Below are positions 29,235 through 43,489 of a DNA stretch of 64,000 bases, piece after piece (within the stretch, counting starts at the first letter, position 1; the number at the start of each line of letters is the position of its first letter). The notes beneath the pieces were generated by a model, which was not told where the DNA came from, ran no database searches, and was given only the letters and a program-made list of their open reading frames with translations. Origin of the DNA: Callorhinchus milii (Eukaryota); assembly GCF_018977255.1 (NCBI RefSeq), contig NW_024704747.1:16306001-16370000 (forward strand). The letters are read 5' to 3'. A program made the translations under genes and the position numbers.

Positions 29235-29450
29235 ATAGAATCATAGAATTACAGCACAGAAGGAGGCCATTCGGCCAATCACGTCTGTGCCGGCTCTTTG
29301 AAAAGAGCTATCCAATTCATTCCCATTCCCCCGCTCTTTCCCCATAGCCCTGCAAGCTTGTCCTCCCCCAAATAATTATCTACTTCTCTTAAAAGTTGTT
29401 ATTGAATCGGCTTCCACCACCCTTTCAGGCAATGCATTCCAGATCCAAAT
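29235..29450 (-). mobile_element. CR1 LINE 3' UTR fragment
   Basis: CATAGAATCATAGAATT-ACAGCACAGAAGGAGGCCATTCGGCC is the reverse complement of a CR1 3' end with an 8-nt terminal repeat. Similar pieces at ~6530, 28057 and 34407 (-). Confidence 0.8.
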
Positions 29451-29869
29451 TTGCTGTGTGAAAGACTGTATATTTTGGGCAAAAATGGTGCAGGTCAGAT
29501 ACCAGAAAATTGGCCTTTCATGGCACCTTTCTAATACACTGGCACCCTGTACAAAAAACGTTCAAAAAAATGTTTAAAAAAATCAATTTTTTTTAAAGGA
29601 ACTTTTCAAATTAATTTAGTTGTTTACATTTTGGCACGCAGACAAAATGTGTGGTGCTCTTTCTAGAAAAAATTTGCATGAGATGTTCCTGACCCTAATT
29701 GTGTAATATAGCTGAATTAACATATTGTTGAGAATACTGGGATTAATGATGGTGTCTATCCATATAATTCAGGTGTCTCGCATGGTTAGGCTCATTAACT
29801 GCCCACCTGGTTCCTCCAGCCCTATCAGGGCTCTCCATTTTAAATTGAAATGATCACTAAATAATAACA

Positions 29870-30270
29870 ATAATCCCTGTTTTTTTTTAAATAGCCTTTC
29901 ATATAGTCTTTCACTTTGGGACATCCTCCCAAGGAGGATTTTGAAAGCAAATGTGGCAGTTAATTTTGCTAATAATGTTCCATAAACAGCATGAAGTGAA
30001 TGACCAGTTGTATCTATGGGATTGTTGGCTAGGACACGAGGAGAAACTCCCTTCTCTTTTTGTTTAATGCCATGGGATCATTAATGCCTAAGCAGGCAGA
30101 TGAGACCTTGGTTTTATGTCTCATCCGAAGGATGACACCACCAACAAATCAGCACTCCCCCAGGACTGTTTTGGAGTGTCAGCCTTGACCGTGATTTCAA
30201 AGCCTTGACTTGGGGCTTGAGCCCACAACCTTCTGAATCTGAGGTGAGAATGCTGTTAAGTGAACCAAGG
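29870..30270 (-). mobile_element. Older Deu-type SINE
   Basis: Reverse-complement similarity to 15020-15450 across tail, body (ATGCCATGGGATC) and head (GGGGCTTGAGCCC). Confidence 0.75.
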
Positions 30271-31879
30271 TCACAGCTAAATCCAACACAAATAGAAAAA
30301 GATTGCTCTGAATTTTTTTTTCTCCTACTCTCCAGATGGTATGACCTGGGGCTAAGGCTCCAAAGTACCTGGAGTCTTTTCCAAATGGCCATTCTTCATA
30401 TGTAAGTGGGGATGATGAGTGTTGATAGATTGAAGGGATCTTGATGTGGATCTGGAGTGTGACTTACCTCACCATTCATGTTCCAATTCCAGAAAGGAGT
30501 GAAAAGGTAGCAGAATTCTGGCTATTTGAGATATTGGTGGCAGCTTCTCTCTTTACTTGGCTATCTCTGTTTTCCTATTTAAAAGGGATTCAGGGCAACA
30601 TGGTGCTACAACTTGTTACTCTGAAACCTCACACAGTGGGAGGTTCCTCTTCATGATGCAGTACAATTCCACACTAGGTTGTGCCGACAGTGAGAGGGAA
30701 TATATTGGAGTATAAGTATCATGAACCTGCTATTTATATGCCTTCTACTGAAATGTTTGAGGAGAGATGATGAGAACCCTCCCCATCAGTCTGGAATCCG
30801 ATCATACTGTTTCTGTGCTATACCCACTTTTTTGGGGGGGGGGGTGGGGGGGAGAAATGGGAGCTGTTGCTCTTCGTTGACAGACTGGAGCCCATGTACT
30901 TGGCTCAGTGAAAGACTGAATTTAAGATTTTGCACAAAGCACTGAAGTTTAATTTTTTTAACCATATAATAATAATATTAATAATAATTTAATTCCAAAA
31001 GTGAAAGGAGAAGTACTTTGGACAAGTATGTAATGATCAAGTGCTTGCCTCAAGAGTGATCTTTTTCCTACGCTGTTGGAAACTACTGGTACGTTTTGAG
31101 CATCAGAAGAAGCTGAACATGTAGAATTAATAAAATGGCTGTGCTGCCTCCAAGCTCACAGAAATATTTCCTTCCCCTTTTTGGCCTTAGCAAGTAAGGA
31201 ACTGTTTTTAAAGGAGGAAGTTTCTCAGCAATGCAACATCCAACTTTTAATTTGCGAGAAGGATTCATGTAATGGAGGAAGGGTTCAGCAATTGGCATCC
31301 GCTATCTATTGCATTTCTGCAGTCCATGATTCAGATTTGCATGGCGTTTTTTAAAAAATAATAATTTAGCATTTTAATGTTTTTGTCAGCTGTGCCATAA
31401 TTGCCTGAACACCCCACCAAGTGAATCAGGATGTAGTTGATGTTGAGTGCAGATCATACCAGTAATCATGAATAGAGTACTCACAAAATGGATACATGCA
31501 AGGCAGTAATTGAAGACTGGGCTGCAAGAAACCTTAGAGAGTAAAATTGTTGACTGCAGGGGAGCATGCAATGTAATTGCTCTCCACTCCCCCTCTTATG
31601 GATGAACTGCATGATCACATAAGTCAAAAATACAGTGATGCCTATTTTGTTTTAAGTGCTGCCTTTCTTGCCACCTCCTGACTACTCCCCACTGAGAAAT
31701 GCTGGGAATCTCCACTCAAGCGGGATGATTTATAAATTAAGCGTGTGACAATGATACGTTTGTCAACTGAGAGTATAAAATGTGAATTTGAAGAAGGGAC
31801 TTCTCCCTTTTTAAAGATAATAGGATTTTGTATTGATTCCTACTGTACTAAACTCCAGACAAGTGGGCATTAAGATTTG

Positions 31880-32243
31880 CATGAGGAGATCCTTATCACG
31901 TTGTGATTATGTATTTGTCGGCAGATAATTTGCGCATCGTGATGTCGCACAAGCAGCCATGAAGCGAATGACTAATTATTTGGGGGGTTTGGGGGGGGGG
32001 CTCATTGGTCAGGATACTGGGAGAAACTCCCCTTTTTGGAATCATGTCATGGGATCTCCACATCACCTTGAACATGTAGATGGAACCTCAGTTTTACATC
32101 TCCTTTGAAGGACAACACCTCAGACGATGCAGTGCCCCACAATCTGCATTGGAGATTCACCCCAGACTCTCAGTTAAAATCTAACATAAGACTTAAACCC
32201 ACAGCATTCTGACTCGGATGATACCAGCTGAGCCAGGCTGACA
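31880..32243 (-). mobile_element. Older Deu-type SINE
   Basis: Same motif order as 29870-30270 (GAATGAC..GGAGAAACTCCC..CATGGGATC..CTGACTCGGA..CTGAGCCAGGCTGACA). Confidence 0.7.
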
Positions 32244-33649
32244 TTGTACCTCTCCACGGCAGAGAGGAGCAAGTTGTTGTATTTTTTTCCACACTGTAAG
32301 TGAATACCTTTTTTCAAACTAAAAATCCCAAGTTTGAGGAATTCATTATGAGTTTATACCAAATAAAAGGTAAATTTTATCAAAGGATGCCAAAACAACA
32401 AATGTATCCATACAGTTTACAGTTGTTGTTACAGTTTCAAATGTCCCAACCTCATGAAAATATGCAATGTGAATGTGTCAATGGCATTGTGTGTTTGCAT
32501 TGATATCTTTTCTGAACACACTACACTAATGCCTGGCCTCAAAGGACACAGTCCATCATAATGTATGGTCTCGCTGAGCACAGTATATAATCTTTGCATT
32601 TGATATAGCATCTTATCAAGTCTTTGGGACGTTTCAAAGCAATTCATAGGATACGTCCTCCCGACGTGAAAGGCGCTTTATAAATAATTTTGTCATTGTC
32701 GATGACAAAAGCTTACTGTGAAGTGGACTGACTGTACTTATGTGGGCGATCAAAGCACCAATTTGTGCACAACAATGAGTGGACATTTTAATTTGTGAAT
32801 TCACACCTGGAGCAGTGCTCTTTTTCTTTATTGTTATTTTACTGCCTTAAAATATTCTCTCACTGACAGTATCTTTAAGTTTATCAGATTGGGTAAAGGT
32901 ACTTACAATCTTCAGTATGGAGACTATATTCCAGCCCCACCCTCAGCATTGTCAATGCCTTGAGACTTACTCCCAAAGTGAAAGGTGCCATATAAATGTA
33001 ATGTATATACATAGTAATGCACAAGACATGATGTGTATTGCTCATTTCATGAACCCATTTGGATTGTGTCATTCTTTATAAAGCCAGAAATTGTAAGAAA
33101 ATCTTTAATCTTTAAGTTAAGAGCTTTTTTGCTGATAGCGTACAAGTGTTTGACCATTACTGTGAAAGAAATTCGATCAGTTTTGTTAGGATGTTGATCG
33201 ATATTGAGAACCAATATCGATCCTGGCTTGGATGGGAGAGGTGGGTGGGGGGAGGGTTGGCAATTACTTTTTATCCCCTGAATAAAGACATAAATTGTGC
33301 TTGACATATAAGGCTTCCCACCTCTGGGGTTATTTTTATAGTTGATCAGGAGGGCATGAATAATTCATACTTCAGACGGGTTTAGATCCTTTAAGAAATC
33401 CACAAAGGATTGAATGCACTAGTTACAAAAATCAATGGTTGTTTCAGATTCAAAATGTGACTTTGTTGATGGGAGCTCACTCTGAACTCTCGAGTTGCTA
33501 TTTCTATCTGGCTTCCAGTCAGAGCTGTTTGCAGATCTTGCAATTGGCAAAACCCAAGTGGGTTGTAGTTTGTCTTCAAAAGTATAACCAACTCTAAAAT
33601 GGAGTTGTTGGTGATGGTTTGGAACTGAGCAGTGATCTTTTATCTTATA

Positions 33650-34332
33650 CTAGCTGTGCCTGTTGCAGCTACGCTTGCAACCAAAGGATCCAACATGGAA
33701 TGTAGATTGACACACCAACAGACATACATTTCATCTTTATGTATACTTATTTGAGAGGACTCCTGTGGAAGGACTTTGATCTTCAGTTTCATTCAGTGGG
33801 CCTTCTCTCTTTTGTCTAGCATTTTTACTTATCCTTGAAAGGTTTGATTTTCGCTTAGGCATCTTTATAATGATAAATGTGTAATTTATAATCACTGGGA
33901 CATCCTCCCAATGTGAATGGCGCTTTAAAAACGTAATTTTGTTGTTGTTGCCGAGGCTTAGCTTTGTCTGTGTTCTACGTGCATGCTCTGTGATGCACGA
34001 TCCCACAGTGTCACGGTCAGCTGGTGGACTCCTGCAGTGCATGCGTACATAAATACATGCTCTGTGATACACAGTACCATGGCGCCACTTTGCCTCGGCG
34101 GACGTCAGGTATAACTGCAGCGAAAAACGCAAAACTGAAATACATTTTAGGTCAGAATTCATGAACGATAGGAGATAACCGAAAACAAATATGCCCATGT
34201 CCCTTCCAGATGCAAGACCTTTCCAATGAGGCATATATCATGTCTCTACATCAATCAGTTATTGAGATCCTTCTTGAAGCACAATCATTTTATTACTATA
34301 GGTATATATGAGATATATGTATAGAAGATAGA
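33650..34332 (-). mobile_element. Non-autonomous Helitron (683 bp)
   Basis: On the minus strand the 5' end is A|TCTATCTTCTATACATATAT.., and the 3' end is hairpin GTTGCAAGCGTAGCTGCAAC, 8 nt, then CTAG|T. Inserted in an AT dinucleotide with no TSD. Internal remnant MPKRKSNLSRISKNARQKR resembles animal Helitron Rep-Hel N-termini. Confidence 0.8.
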
Positions 34333-35444
34333 TTATTGAGCAATACATTGCAGCACTTGTCATAAGCCTATGAAAATTCTGCCGTTCATTACTTGGGTTT
34401 ACTCGAATAGAATCATAGCAATTTACAGTGCAGAAGTAGGCCATTTGGCCCATTGAGTCCGCATCAGCTGTGTCATATGCAGTTCTTGCGCCTGCTGATA
34501 GGTGCACAGCAGCGATTTATCCTCAATTAACTACACTCTCCGTGTACTAAAAGAATTGTCCCCAAGTAATGCCTCCCTTGAGTGCTTACCGCAGATTGCA
34601 AGCTCAATGTTTTTAAATAGATATTCCCATCATAGCTAGGACAGAAGATGCTTTATATCATGAATGCAAGAATATTCAGAAAAATAATCAGCAGCTGTAA
34701 ACCTGTGCAGTAAATTGAAATGTTGAAGTTTCTGTAAGTGTGAGCGCGGGGGAGGAGGAGAAGTGTCCTGTAATTCACTCTAATCCATTGGAAGATCAGA
34801 GGGTTTATGGATTTGTTTTACTGAGTATATCAATGTTCTCATTGTTTCGGAAATGAATGACTTGTCAACAACTTAGTGACAAGTGAAGAAATGCCAGGCA
34901 TGCAGAAGAAATGCGTTTGAATCGAACTTTGTGGGCAACCCAACAATCAGTGCAACTCACTCCAGTATTCAGGGCATCTTTTCCTCTATTTCTGATAGAT
35001 ACGACTCATTACTAGATTGTGCATAACTTTTCATGGCTGTTCATGCTGGTGGTCTCGTAATCAGTTTGGATTTGGCTTGGCAAATTGGTCATTATAGGAA
35101 CTTTTGCAATGGCAGCTTCTGGACTCTTCCGTGTTGTTTGATTTTTAGAAATTGCCATCCAATTGACTTTCAACATTCCTGCTTGAGCAATGAGGCCAAA
35201 TGCACTCCAGTCTGGTGACCCTTAATGCTGAGTTTCCACTGCACTGATAAATATGCTGTGATTCTCCATATGCTGCTGGCATTTCACTGCCAAGGATATT
35301 TTGGTTTGGAGTAGGTAGAGAAGGAGATGGAAGAGGATTTGTAGGGTAATCATCATAGACCCCTTTTAAACTTTTTTTTAATGTTATTTGCCCTTTTTTT
35401 GTGAAAAAAATGTTGACATGATGAATTCTTGTTCAATGGTGGGA

Positions 35445-35476
35445 GAGAGAGGAAGGGAGAGAGAGAGAGAGAGAGA
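35445..35476. repeat. (GA)n microsatellite
   Basis: Interrupted GAGAGA run seen directly. Confidence 0.85.
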
Positions 35477-37018
35477 GGTCGTCTGGGTGGAATTGCTGAG
35501 CTCAACACCATGAGAGAATGAATCCGTTGACGTGGTTAATCCAGATTGCTTCAGCAATTGTTTGGCTGCCGAAGTTAATTTGGATGCACTGGTGGGTTTG
35601 ATGTTGTATGTGCTCTGTTTAAACAAAAAGTCCCTAAGTGATCATGTATGTGACAGTATGTTGGCAGCACTTGGTCCCCCTTTTCTTTCAGGTCACGATA
35701 ACAGTAATTGAGCCTAAACATTCTTGCAGAAGATTAAAGTGAATTTTAATTTCAAAAGACAACCTGTTCCATCTGAAACATGGAATAATTTGGACCACAT
35801 CTTGGAATGTATTACTTGGGTAAATTGCGCAGCATAGACAGCCAACATCTGAGGCATTGCCTTGTTGAATTATTGATCGAAACCTATGCTTTTGTCACTT
35901 TGCGACAGTTTATTCTGGTAGTTGGGTAAAACCTCGGAGTCCATGCCCTTGTACGTACAGGAATTTGAATGTTTGACAGGAACAAGATTAGCTTAACCTG
36001 GAACAACACTGGAAATCTGAGAAAAGGCAAAACTGACCAAGTGTCCTGACAACTACTCCTTGTTATTTTATAAACCTCGGAACGGGCATGAAATATGCAT
36101 CCTGTTGGGGGGATAGAATGTGATGCAGCCAATCTAATGATCTCTAACCCATACAGCATAGCATCAAATTAACTCTTGGCTTATAAGGCACATCACTTTC
36201 AATCCATATTATTTATTTACTGCTGAGCAAAACACCATCCTTTTATTATTTTCAGACAATTTGTATTTTGCTTTTAGCATACAGGGAAGGGTGGATGAAA
36301 GCATTGATGTCAGTAGAGCCCCAAAAATGTGTTATAGGTTTGAACAACAACAACAAAATTACATTTATATAATGCCTTTCGCATCAGGAGGACGTCCTCT
36401 CTGCATTGTGCTTTTAGCCGTCCTTGATTTCTTTCCTTGTAATGAGCTTGCCAATTGTTGAATGTATGGTGTGAGTTGCGCCCTGCATATGCAGCAGTGT
36501 GCTCTGTGTGAAAGTTATGTGTAGATGTGTTGGGTTGTGACTGGACCTCGTCTTTATTGAATTTATTTAAGCAGTCCTTGATGGAGCTCTTCTGCAAGCT
36601 CAGTTGGTGAAACCACTGCAAATGCGACAATGTCGCAAATAAGCACCAGTCTGTGCTGGAGGAACAATTATTGTTCTTAGATTTAATGTTCCCTGTTTAT
36701 GAAGCAACATACCACACCATGGATGTAGAAAGGTTTCAATTTAGACCTTATGACTGGAAAACACTTTTGGAAATATTTTCAGAAATGCATCTGCTTAAAG
36801 TCCATAGAAACAGGAACCTGTCACGTGGTGGCGGATTATTGGAATTGATGGTCAAGTTGGAAATGTCTGCTGGATAGTGTGATCCATGCATTGTCTATTT
36901 TCATGACTGGAAAGTGCACAGTGATGAGATCGCTCCCTTTTCCAGCGGAATTAAATGTTAGAGTTTGTTTCCTGAGCTGATACTAATAAGCAAGCAATGA
37001 GTAACAAGGAGTCACTGT

Positions 37019-37064
37019 GTGAGAGCTGGAATGATGCCGGGGTGAGAGCTGGAATGATGCCGGG
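37019..37064. repeat. 23-bp perfect tandem duplication
   Basis: GTGAGAGCTGGAATGATGCCGGG occurs twice in tandem. Confidence 0.9.
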
Positions 37065-39125
37065 GTTCCTCCGCGATCTCTCTAACCTTCTAAAAGCACA
37101 ATGGGTTGTTTTAGTTCAAGCCTTTGGGAACACTAATAAAATGACCACTTTTGTGAGTTGATGTGGATGAGGCAATTTGTCTGTTTCTTGAATTTGTTAG
37201 GGGATGTGAAGGGCAGCATTAGTGGTGGTGAACGATAAACACGTGTGGAGTTTTATTCACCATGAAAAGCATATCAGAATCATGCTGTAAATGTTATGGG
37301 GCTATTTTATGGATGTTAAAGATCTCATGACACAATTTTTTTAAAAAACGGGGAGTTTCTCTCAGTTTTCTGAACAACAGTAAGTGCTGCATTGTTGGAG
37401 GTATCATCCAGTAGTTGAAATGTTAAACCGAGGTCCCATCTGCTGTTCTGGCAATTTTGGTGGGTGCTAAAAATCCTTTATTTAAAGCAGGGTAGAGGAT
37501 TATCCTGGTTTTATTGCAGCTCATCCAAATCACCAAAAAAGAATGTATGATTGCTGTTGTGGAACATTGATAGCCAAGGTCAGCTGCTATGTTTTACAAA
37601 ACAGTCACTCTATTTTAAAGCAACTCAGTGCAATTCAAGACTTTTCCACGTAACATGTATATCGTATATCGCATGCGCCTATTGTCTGGAGGGTAGAAAC
37701 ATAACAAAACTAAGAGTCGGTGCACTGATCGGGGTTGTCAGTAGTTGGGAAGAGAAGGACACAAACAATCTGTAGGCTCCTACCAGCTTCAAGTGCTTGA
37801 GGAACTGGGAGCCCTGAGATTGGATTGTTTGCTTCCTTCACTTGGGTGGGGGTGAGGAGAAAAATTTCAAGCTTTCAGGAGAGCAATAAAAAGATCCTGA
37901 TATTTCAATTCCTTAAAAAAAATCTATTCCACAATAATGCAAACATTTCTGGAATATTCTTAAATGCCACAGCAATGTTTAACAATGGGAATGATGAGTG
38001 ATTAGATTTTATTTATATAAAGGTGTTTTCACCCAAAATGTTTTCATCATAATAAGTACTAAACAATATACTATAAATATACTTTGCTACAGCACAATCT
38101 AAACCAAATGTTTCAAACAATTTAACAGATACTAAGAACCAGGATATATCAATTTAATGGTATTCATAGTTTTTAAAATTACCATCTTTCTTCCTCATTG
38201 TTGCTACCTGTTGTCATCTTGGTCGTGTGCCACTTGCAGAACATTTTCTCTTGTTTTGCCATAAAATTTCTGGTTGAATGCCAAATAGCAAATTGGCTGA
38301 GATTCAAAAACTTCATCCCTCCATTTCCAGGGCGCCCAAACACCAAAGCCACATTTTAACTGGGTAGCTATTCCCTTTGAAATACTCTGTTTTTTAAATC
38401 CCTCACGTTTCCTGACTGAGGAAATTGTAGGAATTGCCCCTGGTCACTCTGCTTATAGTATAAAAGAACAGTGTGGCCTAAACAGATTTGCTGCCTTCAT
38501 TTTGTTGCCTTTCCCAAGCCCATCATTTGAGTTGAGGAACTTAACACCTTAGAAGAGAACTGTGTTGCTTTTCTAGGATGTCATTCTTGAGATGATATCC
38601 GGGAGCACTGATTCTTAGTATTTGTTAAATTGTTTGAAATACGTTTGGATGGTACTGCCGCAAGTAAACTTGTAAAACAGGAGTAAACAATCCATTTGGT
38701 GTTAAATTTAAACCCTGATTTTAGCAACTGAGTATGTTTTCCTTTGGAGTATTGAATACTGTTCAAAGGCTGGATAAATCTAACATTCCTCCATATATTT
38801 GTTTCTCAAATGTGTTTTTATGCATTGTGCAGTAACAAGATCATAGGTCTGGTCCATCTGTCAGAGTAAAATCAAGACTCCTTTTGTCAACCACTTGTTT
38901 ACTCCATGAATGTTTATGAAGATACAAGGAAGAAATTGTGCTCTTTATTTTGAATAGTTGCAGTATTGTACAGAATGTTAAAAGTAGGTCCGTGAATTGG
39001 AGCTGGATATTTGGATTTTGAATGTGAGAATATTGCCAGCAACAATTTTTTTTGCAGGCAACTATGGCTAATGTAACATTGGTACATAACTTCCTCTGAT
39101 AAAGCTTGCTTAGTTTACACCTCAA

Positions 39126-39455
39126 GTGTCAGCCTGCTCGGTTGGTAGCATGTGTGACTCTGAATCAGAAGATTGTGGGTTCAAGCTTCATGACAGAACG
39201 TTGGGCTTATCATCTAGGCTGATAAAGCATTGCAGGAGGAGCACTGTGTTGCTTCAGATGTGCTATTCTTTGGATGAGACATTAAACCAAGCTCCTGTCT
39301 GTCTGTTCAGCGGGATGTTAAAGACCTTCAAAAGAAGAGTTTCTTCCGAACAATCGTTCAGATAAAATTAGTTCATTTACTTCTGTTTATGGGATATTGT
39401 GGCGTGCAAATTGGCTGCTGTGTTTGGCTGTAAATACAGTCACTACACTTTGAGG
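39126..39455 (+). mobile_element. Older Deu-type SINE
   Basis: Head GTGTCAGCC..GGTAGCA..TCTGAATCAGAAG..GGGTTCAAG, body GGATGTTAAAGA and TGCAAATTGGCTGCTG. Confidence 0.75.
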
Positions 39456-39459
39456 CATT

Positions 39460-39944
39460 TCTACAGTTCTGGTCACAGCAACATAAGGGGCTGTTCAGGC
39501 CCAAGAGTGGTTCAGGGGAGAGCAATGAAGATGATCTCTAGTGTTAGAGGATTGAGCTATGAGCAATAACTAGATAAGCTCAGTCTTCAGAGAAGATGAC
39601 TCAGAGGGAACCTCAGAGAGGTGTACACATTTGAAATGGAATTGAAAAGTAAACCCAGTCCATTACTTTAGGGTGTATGGTCCTAGGGGAATAACAGTAG
39701 AACAAGATGACATAGGTTTAGAGTAGTAAAGGGCAATTTCAGGACAGATGCCAGGAGGTTTTTCTTTACATTGAGGGTAATCAACTGGAATAGGTTATAA
39801 TAATAATAATCAGAACAGGTTGCTAGGAAAGGTGGTTGAGGCCTGGACATTGGACTCATTTAAAAAACAGCTTGATGTTGTGATGTTGGGTTGTATTGGA
39901 GTAATGAGTTTGACCGGGACAAAGGGCTTTTGTTCGTTCAAACC
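39460..39944 (+). mobile_element. Decayed CR1 LINE 3' fragment
   Basis: Similar to the CR1 ORF2 end and 3' UTR at 46440-46960 (TGAGCTATGAG..ACTAGATAAGCT, TTCTTTACATTGAGGGT). Confidence 0.65.
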
Positions 39945-39947
39945 AAT

Positions 39948-41459
39948 CTCCAATCGGGTTTCCGTGAAGCCCACAGGACGGAAACAGCCCTGATCAAAGT
40001 CACTAACGACATTCTGAACATCTGCGACCAGGGCTCTCTCTGCCTCCTTGCCCTCCTCGACCTCTCTGTTGCCTTTGGCACTGTCGACCATTCTATCCTC
40101 CTACACTGCCTCTCAGCTCAAGCCTCATGGACCTGCCCTTGCTTGGTTCGAATCCTACCTCTCCCACTGTCTCCACTTTGTCGCCACTAACGGCTTCTCC
40201 ACCAGCCCCCGCATCGTCATGTGTAGCGTCCCTCAGAGCTCTATCATTGGTCCTCTCCTTTTCAATATATAATAAGAAAAAAACAATAATGATTTGGTCA
40301 CTCAATCCACGACTGTTTGTGGGACACTGCTTGCGCAATTGGCTGCCGCTTTTCGTCCACATATATACAGCCAATTCACTTTAGAGTATATTCTGTGAAG
40401 CTCTTTGAGACTTCTAGAAGACTTGAAAAGCGCTATATCAAATGTAAGGATTATTATTATATTATATCTATATGCTCCCTATTGGTGACATCATCTGCAG
40501 ACATGGGGTCAACTTCCACATGTATGCATGCGGATGACACCCAACTCTACCTTCTTCCTTCACCCTCGATTCCAGGGCCACTGCTATCCTCTCAGACTGC
40601 CTGTCAGACATAAAGTCCTGGATGAGAGCTAACTTTCTGCAGTTGAATGTCAATAAGACCAAGGCCCTCCTGCTTGGCTTCTGTCAGTGCCTCCATATCT
40701 CGGGCACTGACAGCATTCTACATCTCATGGAGCCAATATGGAACCTCGGCATCCTGTTCGACCCTCAATTGTTCTTCACACCCCACATCTGTGCCATGAC
40801 CTGCTCTGCCTTTCCCCACCTCCACAACATCGCTTGGCTCCGGCACGGTCTCACACCGCAGGCGGCCGAAACCCTCATACACACATTCATAACATCCAGA
40901 CTTGACTACACAAACTCCCTGGTTGTCAGCCTCCCCAACTCCTCCCCCACTCAAAGGCTGCAGATTATCCAGAACTCTGCAGCCCTGTCCTCTCCCACAC
41001 CAGGCTCTGCGGCCTTATCACCCCCATCCTTGCCTGACTCCACTGGTTTCCCATCACACAGGATACAGTTCAAATATCCTCACTTTCAAAGCCCTCCATG
41101 GCCTTGCTCCCCATTACCTCTGCAACTTCCTAACTCACTACCAACCTGAGTGCTCCCACCGCTCAGTGAGCTCTGGCCTGCTTCAAGTCCGCCGCCTCGC
41201 CTGTCCCACCATTGGCGGGCGGGCCTTCAGCCACTCTGCCCCTTCCTCTGGAACTCCATCCTGCAGTCCTTCAACCTCGCCCCCTCCCTTGGCTGTTTCA
41301 AGACCCTCCTCTTTGTCCGTACCATCGGTCACCCTCCTTCTCCCACTGCCCCCGCCTTCCCCAATCCTGACCCCCAGCTCGGGTCTCAAATACCGTTTAT
41401 CCAGTGCCTTGGGACGTCTTCCTGACGTGAAAGCCTCTATACAAATGTAATGTTGTTGT
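39948..41459 (+). mobile_element. 5'-truncated L2 LINE (decayed RT), interrupted by a SINE
   Basis: Peptides [70 protein letters not shown] and SRLDYTNSL are spread over frameshifted frames. (TGT)n tail. Confidence 0.93.
40271..40462 (+). mobile_element. 5'-truncated SINE nested in L2
   Basis: SINE 3' half splits the L2 sequence TTCAATAT|..|ATATCTATATGCTCC, which is uninterrupted at ~53832. Confidence 0.9.
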
Positions 41460-43489
41460 GATTTTTGATGACACAATAAGGTCCTGTATCAGGTGTAAAG
41501 ATTTTATAATTAACTTTTTATCAATTTTCTTTGCTTTTCTCTGTTTCTCAACAAGTGACACTGACTCATGCTAAAGTACAGTTCCATGTGCAATGCCGGC
41601 TCTCTGGTTTGTTGCCTGGTGGCTATTCCTTGTGTGTGCCGAAGCAATGAGTGTTTGCGGTTGGCTTAAATTCCGGAGCCCCCATCTTTCGAGGCCCATT
41701 ATGCCAAGTTGAATTAATATGCCTGAGCTGAAATCAACTAATTCAGGACAGAGAAAATTTCTGCCTTACACACCTCACTTTTGTTTCCTTGTCTGCTTGT
41801 GTGACATTTTGCCCATAAAATGTACAGTCAATTCACTTAATAGTATATTCTGTGAAGCGCTTTGAGACGTCTCAACAACTTGATAAGGCACTATATCAAA
41901 TGCAAGGATTATTATTTTGAATTCTACCTTTCAAATAGATTTTTTTTGTGTGCTGCTTCTTCTCTTCTCAATTGATGGTTTAACTGATGTAATGAGTTGG
42001 GTTTGTAAAGCTCTTTCAGTGGAGCACAGTGTTAGTAGCTGTAATCAAGGCACTGTGTCCCAAGTCTAAACTGATTCAATAAATTGTCTCTTAGCTCACA
42101 ACGCACTCAAAGCGACACTGAGCTGTATCCAGATTGAACCCTGTCCAATCAAATAATGGAAAGGTTCCTTTGTTGTTTCTGATGGTTAACAGACATTGGT
42201 TTGAGTAATTTAATTCAGTTTCTGATCAAAAGCAAAGGTGTGAAATCTGGAAATCCACAGGAGGTCAATCGGTATCTTCATGAGTCAGTTTCATTGCAAC
42301 CAACTTGTTTGTTTAGAGCCCACACATAGCACGATCTAATAGGCTGGCAGGAAGTTGGCAGTCTTTGTGAATTGCTGATTTGGGACGTGTAAATGTCACA
42401 GTACAGTTTGGATTCTTTTCCGAGATTGTGCGTAAGGTGCAGAGTTAGAGCAAAAGGAGTTCCATCTGTTCTCTGCTGTACCTGGTTTTGGATTGTTTGG
42501 TAATGATTTGTAGGTGGTGATAATGGTAACATTTCCTTGGCAATAGACCCTTCAGCTTTTATGAGGTTGAACATTCGCCTCCAACAAATTGTAAAAAGAG
42601 TGTGGTTAGGTTCAGGGAATTGTTTGAATGAGTTCTGCTTACTTAAGAAATTCAAGTAACAGTAATTAAAATTTCTGTGCACAGGGTGTGTTCATAGCCC
42701 TGTGTTTTTTCTACAGTACAGTGACCAACAACTTAAAAAGTGGAAGAATGATAATAATTGTATTTAGAAGAAATTATTTGTATTCAATATAAATGTTTTT
42801 ACTATTTTTTAAAAAAAAGGGTATAACAAGATTTGTGAACACCCCACATATAAGCTGCTGTGGAATACATATTTGTAAAAGGCATCATAATTGAGTTCAG
42901 ATCAGTATGAGAAAGACAAGCAGGGATCATGAGTAAAATAATTTTATTATGATGCATGTATGTCCTGGCATTTCTCCTCTCTGGAGAGAATCAAAATGAC
43001 GTGAAGTGCCAGAACACCTAAGGGAGTTGGTTTGAAGGAAGCTGCAAAATATGGTGTGAGGATATGGAGGGGGAGATGAGTGGGAGGGAAGTCTAGGAGA
43101 AAAGGAAGAAAAGTGGCAGGACTGACAAATTAATTAGTTATTTGTGACCCAGTAAAACAAACTTGAATGTAACCCGAAGAGGCTGGCATTTACAGTGCTG
43201 GAAGATATCCACTTGAAGGGAGTACTGCTTGTTTCATACAAAATGTTGTGGGATTAACAGGGCATGAATCATTCTTCCCCTTTGGCCTGTGAGCATGTTC
43301 AGCTGTAGGCTGCTACTACCAGAGTGACCAATTAAATTAACTACTTTGTGGTTCAGATAGATCAGAACTAACCATAGAATTGGGTGTTGCAAAGCAAATT
43401 GTAATTCTTATTAAGTGGGAAGCACATTACACTCCTAAGTAAATCAAAATGGGATTCTAGGCTGGACCTGAAACTGGATTTTTAATAAA

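Noticed and set aside
33737-34234. 165-aa ORF as a host gene
   Set aside because: It lies inside the Helitron and crosses an embedded retroposon tail. Only a short Rep-like remnant is meaningful.
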